DNA of 62,960 nucleotides, filler included, from Licmophora abbreviata (GCA_900291995.1; 11 parts of 11 records of this genome joined end to end with filler, not necessarily neighbours in it); one strand, 5' to 3'. Positions 25,598 to 38,747 are shown, counted from the whole stretch's first letter. The notes: a model not told the origin generated them from the sequence alone. A program made the numbers and translations.

Positions 25598-26092
25598 CGT
25601 AACGTGTCTCAAAGTGTATTTATAAAAAGGTGTAATCGAGACGGATCAATCAACTAAGGCAGTGAAATGACAACAAACCCACAGCACAGAAAAAGACGGA
25701 CTGAATCATCATCTTTCTCGCGTGTGAGCACAACTCGTCGAAATTCGGAGGGAAACCCGGAGAACGAAACCGTCACCCGACATCACTATTTGTCTGTGTG
25801 TAAGTTTGCGTTTTGGGGCAGATCTTGCCCAGCAGCTGCTCCGTGGCAACCCATTGAAAACCGCCTGTGCACGGAAAAAAAGCTTCTGATGCCGGCGACT
25901 AGTCACACACAAAGAAGTCGTGTGCCGTTGTTGGTCGTGTATTTTTCTGTCCACAAGGCGCTTCCAATAACGGACTTAGTGGCCCCCCAAGGGCAATCTG
26001 TAGCTGCCATTGTCATCTGAGAACTAGAGAGAGAAAAGGAACGAAAACCGAAAAACTCAAGAAGAACAATCAGCACCGTCGAATCGATCACA

Positions 26093-26809
26093 ATGCGTGT
26101 CATCCCGCGTCCCCAATACTACTGCAGCATTCTTCGTATCTGGGATACTTTTTGCTTCCGCGCTCACACAGAATGATACCTCTGCTCCAACAACAAACGC
26201 TCCCTCAGCAGCGACTGTCCCAGGCAGTGCTTCCCCCTCAAAAACCCCGCAAGACACGACACCAGCCCCGACTACAATTACGACGGCTCAACCATCAACG
26301 GCTGCACCTACAGCATTCTCTGCACCGACAGCCCGTCCCTCGCACCACTACGTCCCTCCCATCCCTGATACCGATGCACCGAGTATGGCTCCCGTACAAC
26401 CATCCGACGAAAATAACAAAGGTTCCTCCTCGCTACTGCGCATGGCTGGCAAGGCATTTGGATGGCTGTTGCTTATAGCGCTCTCCGTATTACTCTTTGG
26501 TGCCGTCATGAGCAATCGGTATCGTATCTTTTACGTGCTGCGAGGGGTAAGTTTTGAAATGAGCGGCAAGAGAGTGAACCCTGCTACCGTCCACACTCAT
26601 CACGGCCCATTGTGGGTCTCTCTCGCGCGCATATCACGAACACACAGGTTTGGTATACGATTTTGCGACTTGGATGCACTCGATGGATCATACGCAAGTA
26701 TCGCGAGGTGCGAGGTGGTTCTCCATCGACTGCATCACTGAATGAAATCATTTTTGATCATGGAGACATGTCGGAGGGTCTAATGATGCGAGATAATGAA
26801 GGAGCGTGA
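26093..26809 (+). CDS. Secreted-type single-pass membrane protein with S/T/P-rich (T-x-A-P) stalk; intron ~26547-26648; apparent frameshift at C4 run 26111-26114
   Basis: Signal-like FFVSGILFASALT, repeated TSAPT/TNAPS/TAAPT, TM helix FGWLLLIALSVLLFGAVM; GTAAGT donor and ACACAG acceptor. Confidence 0.65.
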
Positions 26810-26993
26810 GTAGTAAGAGCACGACAGAAAGATGGAGTATAGTTTTAGCACCACCACAGTAGTATGTAGCATATGCGTGTCATCAGTACATTGCGGTGGT
26901 TCTACGATGAGTCATTCTCCTTCGCACACTTTGCGTAAAGCACTCAGTCGGAAAAAATGACTTAGATTTTACTATGTCCCCAGTTTACTAGTT

Positions 26994-28228
<1,235 letters not shown>

Positions 28229-28572
28229 GGTGGCGTCGGTAGTTCGGATGTGTGAGAAGACGTCGGGAGAGAAACTTTGGATTTCCAACTTCAACTTTTA
28301 CGACAGTTCTGTACCAGGAACCCCGTGGGATCCAACCTCAACTTGGATTTGTATCTCCGGGTGCTTCTTGGTTCCACGCGGCGCGTGGCTTCCGTGTGGC
28401 ATGAAACTTCAAACTGTCGCAAAAAATGGCGCGCCAGAATGACAGACCGCTGCCGACGATGGCATGATCGCGATCGCAGCGTTTTACGTAGGGCTCGAAA
28501 GAATGTGCAGTGTCTTGTCGTTTTGACCGGAGCAGTCCAAGGCATTGGAGGGGTCGAGATAAGATAACGAGC

Positions 28573-28693
28573 ATGAAATGGACAAATCCCCTTCTCCTGT
28601 GCTACTTGAGCTTGGTTCATGTCGATGCCTGGTCGACGTCGTCATGTGCTTCTATCTGTTCTTTTACTCGACCTACCTCACGCCTATATGATC
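28573..28693 (+). CDS. 5' fragment of a gene with signal peptide / plastid-type presequence, truncated by gap
   Basis: MKWTNPLLLCYLSLVHVDA|W followed by S/T/R-rich sequence running into the N gap; divergent from hemC. Confidence 0.45.
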
Positions 28694-28900
28694 NNNNNNN
28701 NNNNNNNNNNNNNNNNNNNNNNNNNNNNNNNNNNNNNTTAATTAATTAANNNNNNNNNNNNNNNNNNNNNNNNNNNNNNNNNNNNNNNNNNNNCTGAAGT
28801 TTGATGAAGCTTTCCTTTGTTTTCATACACCCAGCAGCAACCCGCGACTGAAGCATCGCTGTACCAGGGCACCCGTGATACACGAAACTTCAGACGCACC

Positions 28901-31639
28901 ATGGCAGGTCGAGGCGGTACCCTTCAGCCTCAACGCCACGGCGAGCGACGCCTGCCATTACCGGAAAGTCTTTCGTACAATGAATTGGTCGTGTCGCCAG
29001 ATGGTTCAGTTCTTACGCGCGAGCAGATCAAGGATAAACGAAGGCGACAGGGATACTGCGTTGAATGCGAGGGGGAGCCGATTCGGCTTCACGAAATTAC
29101 TAGGTGCAGATTCAACCCACTCGCGAAAAACAAGAAACTCTTGACTAAGGAAGGCGAAAGCCTGGAAGGAGTCTGCCTCCACTGTCACCCAGAACGAGAT
29201 CCGGCTCGTCTGCGCCGATCGAATCGAACACGGCACGCGAGACGGCGATCCGACGGGGGCCCGGGTCAAACCACTGCTCACACTATGACGTCCCCAGTGG
29301 CGGAGCAGGCGATAAATCAGCGAAATATACGGGTAACAGCGTCGCCAGCATCGGGGCAATCGCGGACTTCTCGCTGGACTCCTCATTCGAGCGAACCAAA
29401 TGTTGCCTCCTCTATCACTAGAGGCGTACCGGCATGGCGACAGACCGTGAAAGCCTCGGTTCCAAGGCCCCCTCTAGATGCTCCGAAATCTAGCGAACTA
29501 GAGGGAACTGGAAGCCCTGCTTTGCATGATTCTATGCCGCATATGGCGACTTCTACTAGCGTGCGAGATTTGGCACGCAGACGCGCGGACTTTAGCAGCT
29601 CCGCACCCACCGTTTACGTCCCTAGCAGAGTGGAGGCAAATGCATCTCGAAAAGATCTGCATCATGAAACAAGAGAAAACGCACATCTAGATATCTACGG
29701 AGCGCGGGCGAATGCGGGGAACAACCTATCTGGATCCATGGATTCTGAACTGTCGAGCGACTCCTTCTTGAACAAACTTCTTGAAAACGTTGGTGCTGAA
29801 GAGCGGGCTTCAGTCGAAAGTGCCTCTTTGGAGCACATGTATGAACGATCACGAGCTCGCCCATCACTGGGTGCCTTGCGAACCTCTAGTCTTCAGAGAG
29901 ATCAAACAAACGAATCTCCGCCCGCGTCTCAGCCGGCGTCAGATGCCGGAGGACATGAAAGCACAAGACGGCTGACTCCGCCGCTTCCCAGTTTTCGGTT
30001 CTCTCGTCACGGGGACGCTGAGGCAAGCCTTGAACAGGAAGATCCCAATAGGACTGGTCTCCGGACGACAGAGAGCGTATCGCGTCGACGCGAGGACGAC
30101 CTCGATCCCGACCAGACGGCCCCGCCGTCACGGCCAGTTGCGTCACTGCGAAATACGAATACGCGACAGACCTCTTCGTCAACAACTGCCCTGGAAGAAA
30201 GTTTTGGAGCGCTTGACTTGGTCGAGGAAGAAAGAGGTCTGTCAAGCTCCCAGGCCGACCAATTAATTACGGACTTCAAAACTTTCATCAGGACCCTCTG
30301 CGACGCGGGAATCCCCCCAGAAGACGTTGCTGACCATGTTTATGATACGATGAAGAGGCATCCTCAAGAAGAACGCATTCTGGCATACTGCCTCAAGACC
30401 ATCGCGGATCTTTGCAGCAAGAACGACAGCTACCGCGCCAGCTTCATGTCCCAGGATGCCCAGGAGATCCTCGAGGCAATGAAGACCCACATGAACTCTA
30501 GGGACGTGCAACGAGAAGGAATCATCTCTTTATGGGTACTTGCCGAAAACTCAGCAAGCTGCCTTTTGCTAGGTCGTGCAATGGCGCCTGCTCGCATCCT
30601 TCGGGCCATGATGGACCACGAAAGCGACGAGGATCTCGTAGAGTCCGCATTTGGGGCACTTCGTACCATGTCCACGGATTCCGAGGTACAGGACGCGCTC
30701 GCCCCCCTGAAAGTAAAAGAGCACGCGTGTCGCCTGATGACCAGATATCGATCTTCGGCTATTATACAACGGGACGGGTGCGCCTTGTTGTCAAACGCCT
30801 CTGTTGACCTGAAAAATCAGTTGGTCGCCGTGGCGAGTCGAGAAGAAATCGATGCCATTGTTGAAGCGATGCGAGCTCACGAAGCCGATCCATCCGTTGT
30901 AGCTGAAGCATGCTTTGCTCTGAAGAACCTCACGTTTGAAGAACAAAATTTACGCATACTGCGGCAGATTGATGGAGCGACTCGTCTGCTTGAGCAGGCT
31001 AGACTCCATTGCATAGAAGAAGCAGCTCGTGCGAACGCGAGTGAGAGTATTGGCCGGCTCGAGCTCATTCGCGAAGAGGATTCTCATCTTGAACAGATGA
31101 CGTGCGACTCGCTGATGGAGTTTTCTGAACACAGTCTTACTGTTTACGCCGTATTGGACGTCATGAGACAGAACGACTGGTCAGCGAGAATCTCCGCCAC
31201 CGCGCTCCAGTGTCTGGAGAGGGCCGCACGTCAGTCTGCCGCGGAGCGCGCGGAAATCGGATTGAGGGAGGTTGAGATTGTTGTTGCCAAAATGGAATGC
31301 TTTTCACGAAACCGAGCAGTGCAGCTGAGTGCATGCGACCTCCTCGAGTACTTGGCGGCAACAGACATTGGAAGTCGCCGTAACATCCTGCGATCTCACG
31401 GTGAGGGTGCTATTATTCGAACTATTCAAGAGAATGACAGAGACGAGGAATTGATGGTCGCCGCTTACGGAGCTCTTCGTATACTCTCTGAAGAGTCCGA
31501 GTGCTTCTTTAAGCTTGAACCTCATATGACCACCGTCCAGGAATCTGCGCTTAGGTTCCCTGGCAACGCTCTCCTCGAGCAACACGCGGGGGTCGTCCTG
31601 TCGAATTTTTGTTCACATGCAGCTCATATTTCCTCATAG
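28901..31639 (+). CDS. Armadillo-repeat protein with N-terminal CxxC...CxxC module and long disordered linker
   Basis: Repeated I..AM..H....VQ..G...L..L units in the C-terminal half; CVEC and CLHC pairs near the N-terminus. Confidence 0.75.
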   Translation: MAGRGGTLQPQRHGERRLPLPESLSYNELVVSPDGSVLTREQIKDKRRRQGYCVECEGEPIRLHEITRCRFNPLAKNKKLLTKEGESLEGVCLHCHPERDPARLRRSNRTRHARRRSDGGPGQTTAHTMTSPVAEQAINQRNIRVTASPASGQSRTSRWTPHSSEPNVASSITRGVPAWRQTVKASVPRPPLDAPKSSELEGTGSPALHDSMPHMATSTSVRDLARRRADFSSSAPTVYVPSRVEANASRKDLHHETRENAHLDIYGARANAGNNLSGSMDSELSSDSFLNKLLENVGAEERASVESASLEHMYERSRARPSLGALRTSSLQRDQTNESPPASQPASDAGGHESTRRLTPPLPSFRFSRHGDAEASLEQEDPNRTGLRTTESVSRRREDDLDPDQTAPPSRPVASLRNTNTRQTSSSTTALEESFGALDLVEEERGLSSSQADQLITDFKTFIRTLCDAGIPPEDVADHVYDTMKRHPQEERILAYCLKTIADLCSKNDSYRASFMSQDAQEILEAMKTHMNSRDVQREGIISLWVLAENSASCLLLGRAMAPARILRAMMDHESDEDLVESAFGALRTMSTDSEVQDALAPLKVKEHACRLMTRYRSSAIIQRDGCALLSNASVDLKNQLVAVASREEIDAIVEAMRAHEADPSVVAEACFALKNLTFEEQNLRILRQIDGATRLLEQARLHCIEEAARANASESIGRLELIREEDSHLEQMTCDSLMEFSEHSLTVYAVLDVMRQNDWSARISATALQCLERAARQSAAERAEIGLREVEIVVAKMECFSRNRAVQLSACDLLEYLAATDIGSRRNILRSHGEGAIIRTIQENDRDEELMVAAYGALRILSEESECFFKLEPHMTTVQESALRFPGNALLEQHAGVVLSNFCSHAAHISS

Positions 31640-31704
31640 GGGGGATGCGTGTTACGTTTTACCGTTAGAAAAGGCTTTCGTTTTCATTCAAACTCTACGA
31701 AAAA

Positions 31705-31777
31705 GTTTTCGAGTTAGAATGTATCACAAACTAGAGAAAACGTTTTCGAGTTAGAATGTATCACAAACTAGAGAAAA
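31705..31777. repeat. Exact tandem duplication of 36 bp (period 37) between convergent 3' ends
   Basis: GTTTTCGAGTTAGAATGTATCACAAACTAGAGAAAA at 31705-31740 and 31742-31777. Confidence 0.95.
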
Positions 31778-31834
31778 GGGACATTCTGTGTACTTTGTAT
31801 GCGACAGCTAGGCTAGGTCGGATTGCCATCCGTG

Positions 31835-34093
31835 CTACTTCTGCATCGAGGCAAGCTTCGACCCAAAAGGAGTCAATCTCATCTGACCAACAAACCCAGT
31901 TCCTTCTGGGATCTCGTGAAAGAAAGGTGTGGTACACATCTCAGTTTCTTCTGGATCAGATTGGTAGAAAAGCGGCCGGAGAGAGTACGGCAATGGCAGG
32001 TGAACCATCGTGACGCGTTTCTCACCGACTGCATGGTGCTGCGTGCAGCATCGGCAGCGACCAGGTTTCCAGCAATACAGGCGGTCCGTCGAAGAATCGC
32101 CAGCCAGTCGGCTTGCGAACATTACGCCGAGTTCGAAGTTCGAGTACGTCCGTTCACCAGAGTCGGAGAAATGCTGCGTGAAGGGTTTGCCCTGTGCGCC
32201 ACGTGAGAGGCATGCGCTGCTCAGCACAAGGTACGGAAATATCTCTTCAGCTTTTCCTGCACCGTAATCCTCTCGCAACCGAAATTCGTTCCCATCAAAG
32301 AGTCGCGTGTAACTCTTTATATGAGGCGCTAGCTGCAGAGGCAGCTGCATCGGAATGCTCGACTCATACATGGCCATTCGAGATACGCAAGAGAGGTCAA
32401 TCGTGTTGAATGAAGTAGAGGACAGGAAAACGAAAGACGAAGGACTGCTTAGTTCTCCCGCGGTTGTGGTGCCCGAGCGAGCCTCAGCTACAACGGAATC
32501 TGGCGAGGGAACTCGATTACCTGTCTTGGCCGAGTGAATAGTCTTCATAAAGTCCTGAGTGGGCCACAAAATATCCGTTCTGTCGAGCAGGTCCGAATTC
32601 CTGAACAAGGTCGAGCGCTTCTCCTTCGTATCGATGCCAAAATACAGTCGTCCCAACTCGGCCAAGAGTTCGCTTGTCAGAAATCCACCAAAGCTAGTTG
32701 GCTGAACAATGAGACGATCCTTGTCAGACAGTAGTGCAGGTGGGAGCCATGTTGTGGATTGTTTTGCGATGGACTTTCCTGGTCGAGAGAGCCGAGAGAC
32801 GATATCGGCAACACGCTGAGGTCCGTACAACAAGGAAAAATCTGTCTTTCGATTAAGATGAGTTGCCCCATGACGACCTTGATACTCTCCGGGGACCGTG
32901 GCGATCAAATGGACGTTTGACTGCTCAAAACGAAAGCTTCTTCGAAACACATCCAGTGACTCATAGCCGAGATAGGTCTTCAGGAACTCCTGCGGCAGCG
33001 TCTGCCCTTTTTGTGCCGCATGTGATTGACACTCAAGGAAATGAGAAAGCACATGTCCGAAATCAGATCCGTCGCGACGCATGTCATCAGTTATCGTCTC
33101 CTTTGTAGAGGGTGTGGATGCTGGCGGAAACCGTTGCACCCAGGAAGCATCGACAGACGTCTGCCTTGTAAGGTTGGATGTAGAGACGACAACGACAATA
33201 GAGCCATTCGTTTCGAACAGTATCATATACTTCGGGTGGTGTACCCCTCTCTTCGAAACACGATGTTTCACAATGGCTGGGGAAACACCGACCGTATCGT
33301 CCGATTCCATTTCGTGGTCGGAATCCAACGTCACAACATCAGTCTTGGAGCCCGTATTGGTTGGCGGCGGCTTTGATATTCGCCTCTTCACACTAGGAGG
33401 TAGCCAAGCTGGTAGAATTTCTGTCAATCGAACGTGCGCTCCCAGAGTGAAGTCGTTGTCTACTAGCAGAGAGGAATGTTCCATTTGGAGCCAAGCTTCT
33501 TCCGGTGGCTCTTCCTCCTTTTTTACCTGGACCGGTGCATCCTTCGAAGCAGTCGCTACATTTTTCAAAGTCGAGGTACCCGCTCCAATGGAATCGCAGC
33601 CGCTTCGTTCTGGTTTCATTGTCGCCACGATCGCTTGTTTCTTCAAGTTATCGTCGTTCGTCTTTCCAACTCTGTGCCTCCGGTCTCCATGCAAGACAAG
33701 CGTCGGCACGGTCGCATTGGATCCAAAGAGAGTCGGCATTTCTCTCGCCATGGCCACAGGGTCGAAAGCATAGGTAGCTAAAATCGCAGCCTTAAGCGAC
33801 AACGACTCCACCATGGAAGCTCGATCCAACAGCGGCGGAGGCCCACGGGCCCCGCAGCTACATGGCGTGGCCCCCGCATACGGGGCTACAGCGCCTTGAT
33901 AGTTGCTGTCCTCGTTTGCCAGTGCACCCTCAGGCCTGTTCAAGTAAAAGCGGTCACTGTAAAAATGGATTCCGTCAATCTGTACAGAAGAAACGGCGGC
34001 CGCACGTTTGGACGACGAAGGACTGTCGTCCTTGAACATGGTGGAAGCAATGCCGACACGGCGCTCCCATGGACGCAAGGGTCGTTTAGGCAT
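31835..34093 (-). CDS. TDP1: Tyrosyl-DNA phosphodiesterase 1 (phospholipase D family)
   Basis: GVHHPKYMIL...VVVSTSNL (HKN1), LIATVPG, DILWPT, PHIKSY...LSSACLSRGAQG (HKN2), NFELGV, LPLPY. Confidence 0.88.
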   Translation of the reverse strand: MPKRPLRPWERRVGIASTMFKDDSPSSSKRAAAVSSVQIDGIHFYSDRFYLNRPEGALANEDSNYQGAVAPYAGATPCSCGARGPPPLLDRASMVESLSLKAAILATYAFDPVAMAREMPTLFGSNATVPTLVLHGDRRHRVGKTNDDNLKKQAIVATMKPERSGCDSIGAGTSTLKNVATASKDAPVQVKKEEEPPEEAWLQMEHSSLLVDNDFTLGAHVRLTEILPAWLPPSVKRRISKPPPTNTGSKTDVVTLDSDHEMESDDTVGVSPAIVKHRVSKRGVHHPKYMILFETNGSIVVVVSTSNLTRQTSVDASWVQRFPPASTPSTKETITDDMRRDGSDFGHVLSHFLECQSHAAQKGQTLPQEFLKTYLGYESLDVFRRSFRFEQSNVHLIATVPGEYQGRHGATHLNRKTDFSLLYGPQRVADIVSRLSRPGKSIAKQSTTWLPPALLSDKDRLIVQPTSFGGFLTSELLAELGRLYFGIDTKEKRSTLFRNSDLLDRTDILWPTQDFMKTIHSAKTGNRVPSPDSVVAEARSGTTTAGELSSPSSFVFLSSTSFNTIDLSCVSRMAMYESSIPMQLPLQLAPHIKSYTRLFDGNEFRLREDYGAGKAEEIFPYLVLSSACLSRGAQGKPFTQHFSDSGERTYSNFELGVMFASRLAGDSSTDRLYCWKPGRCRCCTQHHAVGEKRVTMVHLPLPYSLRPLFYQSDPEETEMCTTPFFHEIPEGTGFVGQMRLTPFGSKLASMQK

Positions 34094-35258
34094 CTTCGAA
34101 GGTTCCTTTCGCGTCGTATTTCAAGTATACTAGTCTTTCTTATGGTGACCTTAATAATGGCGAGGAGAGCGTTGTAGTCATGACATGGATCAATGCATAG
34201 CGTGTCCGGGTGTTCAGGATCAATGCAGCAAGCAGCACCACATTTTTTTCCGTCGTACTCGTAGACCGCGAGAGTGTCCACGACATCTAGGGTTAGAGGT
34301 AATGACGAGAGTTTTGCACACCGTTTGATGTCGTCGGGAGTGAGTCGGAGCAAAGACAAACTTCACTTTCTCTAAGTCTACTNNNNNNNNNNNNNNNNNN
34401 NNNNNNNNNNNNNNNNNNNNNNNNNNTTAATTAATTAANNNNNNNNNNNNNNNNNNNNNNNNNNNNNNNNNNNNNNNNNNNNCGGCATGAGGCGCAAGCG
34501 CCATCACACCTTGTCAAAAATTATTCCAAGACTTAGCGCTGAGCACTAAGTGATGTGGGATCACGTACAGTCTGGAGTATTTCATCCGTGTATGGACCAG
34601 CTCCTCCACATGCGCACAGGCCTTCATGATCGCCCGCAATCGCTTGGAAAGGTAAGTATGCGTTGGGACAAAGTGGTAATTGCTGGACTTGACATCCATG
34701 GACAAAATTCCAGAGAGCAACAAGTTTAAAAAAGTTCTACGAGGTCCAGATACCCCTCCCCGAAACCTCAAACGTGTCTTTGTATTTGTTTTGTATCCCA
34801 AGAGTTCGACTCAACCATTATAATTAATTATTTACTTATCTCTCTTCGCCTTTTGGCTTTGATCTTGTGTAGTAACTGTTCTAAAACCTTTAACAAGGTT
34901 TTTCTGGTCATTGACCAGAACTTGTTAAACTATTTTTTGTATTCCAGGAGGTTCCCTTGAGCTTGCTCAACATCCTCCAAGCATGGTCTTGGCATTTCAC
35001 GCACCGCCTTGACTCGTGCACACCCCCCTTTCCATCAAACAACCCCTTCGACCTCCCCACCCGTTTTATACGTTTCCTCGGGGAAGAGTCGTGTCTGAAA
35101 AAGGGAAATCTCAAATGCGGAGATTTCATATTTGAGAGCACGATTTGCCTAGAGCAGCGACCTCTTTCCCTGCGGTACCGCCACGACGACAGCATAGGAT
35201 ATACTGGTCAACTGACAAGGTCGCGTTCACCACCTTTAGTGACCTCCGTTTTATCACA

Positions 35259-36619
35259 ATGGATCCTTCGTCATCAGAGGACCAAAGTCTGAGGCCCAGC
35301 GGTATGGAGGAAGGGTCCTTTCTCGGCTTGGGGTACGGGTCACATGACGCGGCACCGACGACAACACCACGGACGTCGGCTTTGGATACCGCTGACAATC
35401 TCATGAAGAATTACTTGCAGCAATGCTTGGACTATCATGAAGAGCAAGTGCGAAGTTCTCAGCAACAGGAAGTCCATCTGGTAGCGACCAAGACAGTAGC
35501 GGATCGTGCCGAAGCTCCCGCGTTCGTAGCTGGCGCCGTGCAACGTGAGCTGGAACATGTGGCGCCGCCGTCAACCAATCCAGCTTCCTGTCATCAGATC
35601 CCGTCAGTCGATCCCTTGATTGCAGCTGCGGCACAGGAAGCGGCGGCGAAGGCGAGATCCATTGTTGCAAAATTTCAGCAGCAACAAAGCCATGACCACC
35701 TGCCACTCGTAACCGGGACTAGCTTGCTACTTGCCCCCTCGGAGTATGCAAGGCGACGACATGGCCAGCTAGAAAAGGAACAAGCTCGCCTTGATGCGGC
35801 CATGCGCAAAAACTTTGAGTACGTATCACGCAAAGAACAAGAACGGTACCAAAAACAGCTCCTGCAGCTGCAGCAGACACGTCAAATGGAAATAGAATTG
35901 CAACAGGTACAGGCTCAACAGCTACTCGAACGCCAGAAGCAGCAACAAGAGTTCAAGAAGAATCAGTCTCTTTCCGGTATTGGAACGGCACAGAGAAGGC
36001 GCATGGAAGAGCGGAAAGGGCAGAAAAAGCGACGCCCTTCCGAAGATGACGATTCATCCGCGTCGATTTACGTGAGCGGAATGCCGATCGACGGCTCCGT
36101 GACCGAGGATACACTTCGCCAACTGTTTGGCTCGTACGGAATACTGCGTCGAATACACCTCTACCGAAACAAGCGCACGACCGAGCTGAAGGGCGACGGG
36201 CTGTTGGTCTACGATGGGCAGGACGCAAAACATACGCTACTTGATACCGTGTGCTCACAGGTGAGTAGGCATGTCGTTTCCTTGTCGCGGGACATGACAT
36301 TGTTGTGACACCTTATCGGCATGTCGCTAGATAGAGGTTGAATGTCTAACCAGCCTTTGTCTAGATGAATGGAGCGGAACTATCCTGCGGCAGCATTCTC
36401 CAAGTGGAACCTGCCACATCGAAGTACGGCAAGAAGGAAGGCCGTCATTATGGGCCCGGGACAGTTGACACCACAGAAGCGCAACGCACGAAGTGTGATT
36501 CTGATGCAATGCCGCGGAAGCCAGAAAGGTCGATCCAATCAACAGCTACAGGGGATACGGAATCGAAAGAAGGGGATCACGGGGAAAACCTAGACGACTT
36601 CTTTGCCTCGCTGCAATGA
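35259..36619 (+). CDS. RRM protein, Tat-SF1/Cus2-like RRM preceded by Q-rich coiled coil; intron 36261-36364
   Basis: SIYVSGMP...TE..L..LF..YG...RIHLYR......KGDGL.VY; C-terminal LDDFFASL. Confidence 0.75.
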
Positions 36620-36741
36620 CGAGCGTTCTTTTCTAGTACGTTGATGTTCATGGAGTACTCTTTTTGTACAGTTCTACTACTACAGGGGAATTTTAACATA
36701 CTTTCAAAGTCGTGTGTGCATACTGCACACGGACGTCTCTG

Positions 36742-37325
36742 TCATGAGCTCATCACCTCTAGTAGAAGATCCCAGTGAACGTAATCGAACGTCAGAACGG
36801 CAAGGCCGTACACAAAGTAGCAGATCACAAGCGCTTGCGTCTCTCCGTCAGGTCGATACGTAAACTCTGGTACACTCGGAAGAAATACGTATCCAAACAA
36901 AGCCACGAGGGCCCAGTAGCTGTGAAGGCTTGCCGACGCCGTCGTACAAATCAAGGACCAGCGTTGCTTTCGAAACAAACCATAGGCCGATGTCATCAAC
37001 AACGGAAGGTACAATATGCTATCTGCGGCCGCAATGGACTTATTGACACGCACCATGGTGGGACCCACGGACGTTTCGCTCTCTTGTAAGCCCAGCGTGG
37101 TCGTCCATTTGTACGCTACAAGTGACACTGTCTGACCCGTCAAGATGAAACATATGGAAACGATCTGTAGGAACGCGATAGCGTAGTAGCCTAGGCGAAA
37201 CTCGCGGCTTGTCTCAGAGAAGCGCTTCTTGAAGCTCTGCAAAGCCACTAGCTGCGAAGCAAGTCCAAAAGGAGGAAACACGTGAAACATATATTCCGTG
37301 ATCCATTCGGTTATGCAATTACCAT
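36742..37325 (-). CDS. Small multi-pass membrane protein of unknown function (start uncertain; ATG may be followed directly by an intron)
   Basis: About four hydrophobic helices in ORF 36742-37290; ATG|GTAATT donor and TTCGCAG/TTGCAG acceptors. Confidence 0.55.
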
Positions 37326-37491
37326 GCGTTATACTGCTTCACGTCATCTTTACTCACAACTAACTACAAGCATAGCAACTGAGCACTCGACAATCTTGTT
37401 CGTACCTGGGTTGTTTCCTCTACCATTGTTCTTTGCCGTTTCAATGGCTTGCAACTTTTCGTTGTGTCCTGTCTAGTGGGCAGGGACCTCT

Positions 37492-37516
37492 GTTGTTGTT
37501 GTTGTTGTTGTTGTTG
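37492..37516. repeat. (GTT)8 microsatellite
   Basis: Direct reading of sequence. Confidence 0.9.
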
Positions 37517-37947
37517 CAGGTCTATGGCTTACGAACAGTCGCATCCTATTTTGCTCCGTGACACGGCCTTGCGAGAGAGAGTTCGCATCATTTGAAAATG
37601 GGAATCCGGCGCCGTTGCCGATGAGAAATTTTGTCGTTCAGTCGTGTGGGAAAGGATGACGTCACGAGTTCCTGAGTCACGACTCGGAAATTCTGCTCTG
37701 TCGTCGCCTTTTTCTGATGTGGAACACAACACATATGCCACATGCTCCTCCTATACACATCACTCTTTCTCCTCCAAGTCACGACAAAGGACAACCTTCA
37801 AGCCATATTTGAGCAGATTGCAAGTAGAGAAGATCACACTACCACTCTAAGACCATGTTGTACCCCAGAAGAGAGCCATCTGAAAAGTGCACGAGCTCTG
37901 AATTCATGTTTCCAATGACACGCCGCCGACCAACGACACATTGGCAA

Positions 37948-38747
37948 ATGCCGAGAACAGTCGTGCTACCTGTGCTGGTGATTCTGGGTCTCATAGCGAC
38001 CAGAATAGATGCGTTCGCACCTCGTGTGCCCTTTCAGACAAGTCCGACAACGAATGTCTTCTCGGAGGTTCTGCAGTCTACAAACTACAATCGCCGAAAC
38101 ATTGACCGCCCAACACACTCCTCTCGGCCGACGACATCTCGTCGCTACTCAGACAGTACTCTGGACCAGCCACCGCTATCGAATTTTGAACACCGTATGC
38201 GCAAACTTGCTAATCCCATGCACAAGAAGAACCACGAGTCCCCAACCGCATCGAAACTCTCAAGAAACGTTCAAGAGGTACATACGTTGCAGGACTACAA
38301 GCGAGTGGTGATGGACGAATCAGACAAGCTCGTTGTGGTGCGATTCTACGCACCCTGGTGCAAGGTAGGTTCCGATTCTCTTTCTGTGCAGGGCAGAGCG
38401 AGATTTGGTCGCTCTATGGCGCGGTCGAAAGTATTATTTCAGGTGGCAACTTCCCCCGTGGCCGGACCTGGTTGGCACCTCTCGCACGACTCTGTACCTT
38501 GTTGGTTTCATTTGCAAACTCTCGGAATCTAAATCACCTCCTTCTTCTTTATTTTACTCAAACCACAGGCCTGTCGTGCCGTAGCACCGCTGTTTTACCG
38601 CATGGCACGTGACAATCCAAACGTCAAATTTGTCGAGGTCCCGGTATCGGAAGAGAGCGCCGCCATCCACCAAGGGCTTGGAGTACCAAGCTTGCCGTTC
38701 CTTCACATATACCATCCTGAAGCTGGACTGGTGGAGGAACTTCGCAT
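37948..38747 (+). CDS. Plastid-targeted thioredoxin-like protein (WCKAC); intron 38365-38568; 3' end in gap
   Basis: Signal peptide + IDA|FAP; LVVVRFYAPWCK|ACRAV.P.F ... NVKFVEV ... LGVPSLP. Confidence 0.85.

Noticed and set aside
31705..31777. 36-37 bp GTTTT...AAAAC repeat resembling a type II CRISPR repeat
   Set aside because: Only two copies, no spacer, no cas genes, eukaryotic context
38365..38568. 204-nt thioredoxin intron as a snoRNA host
   Set aside because: A short hairpin is present but I found no C/D or H/ACA box arrangement
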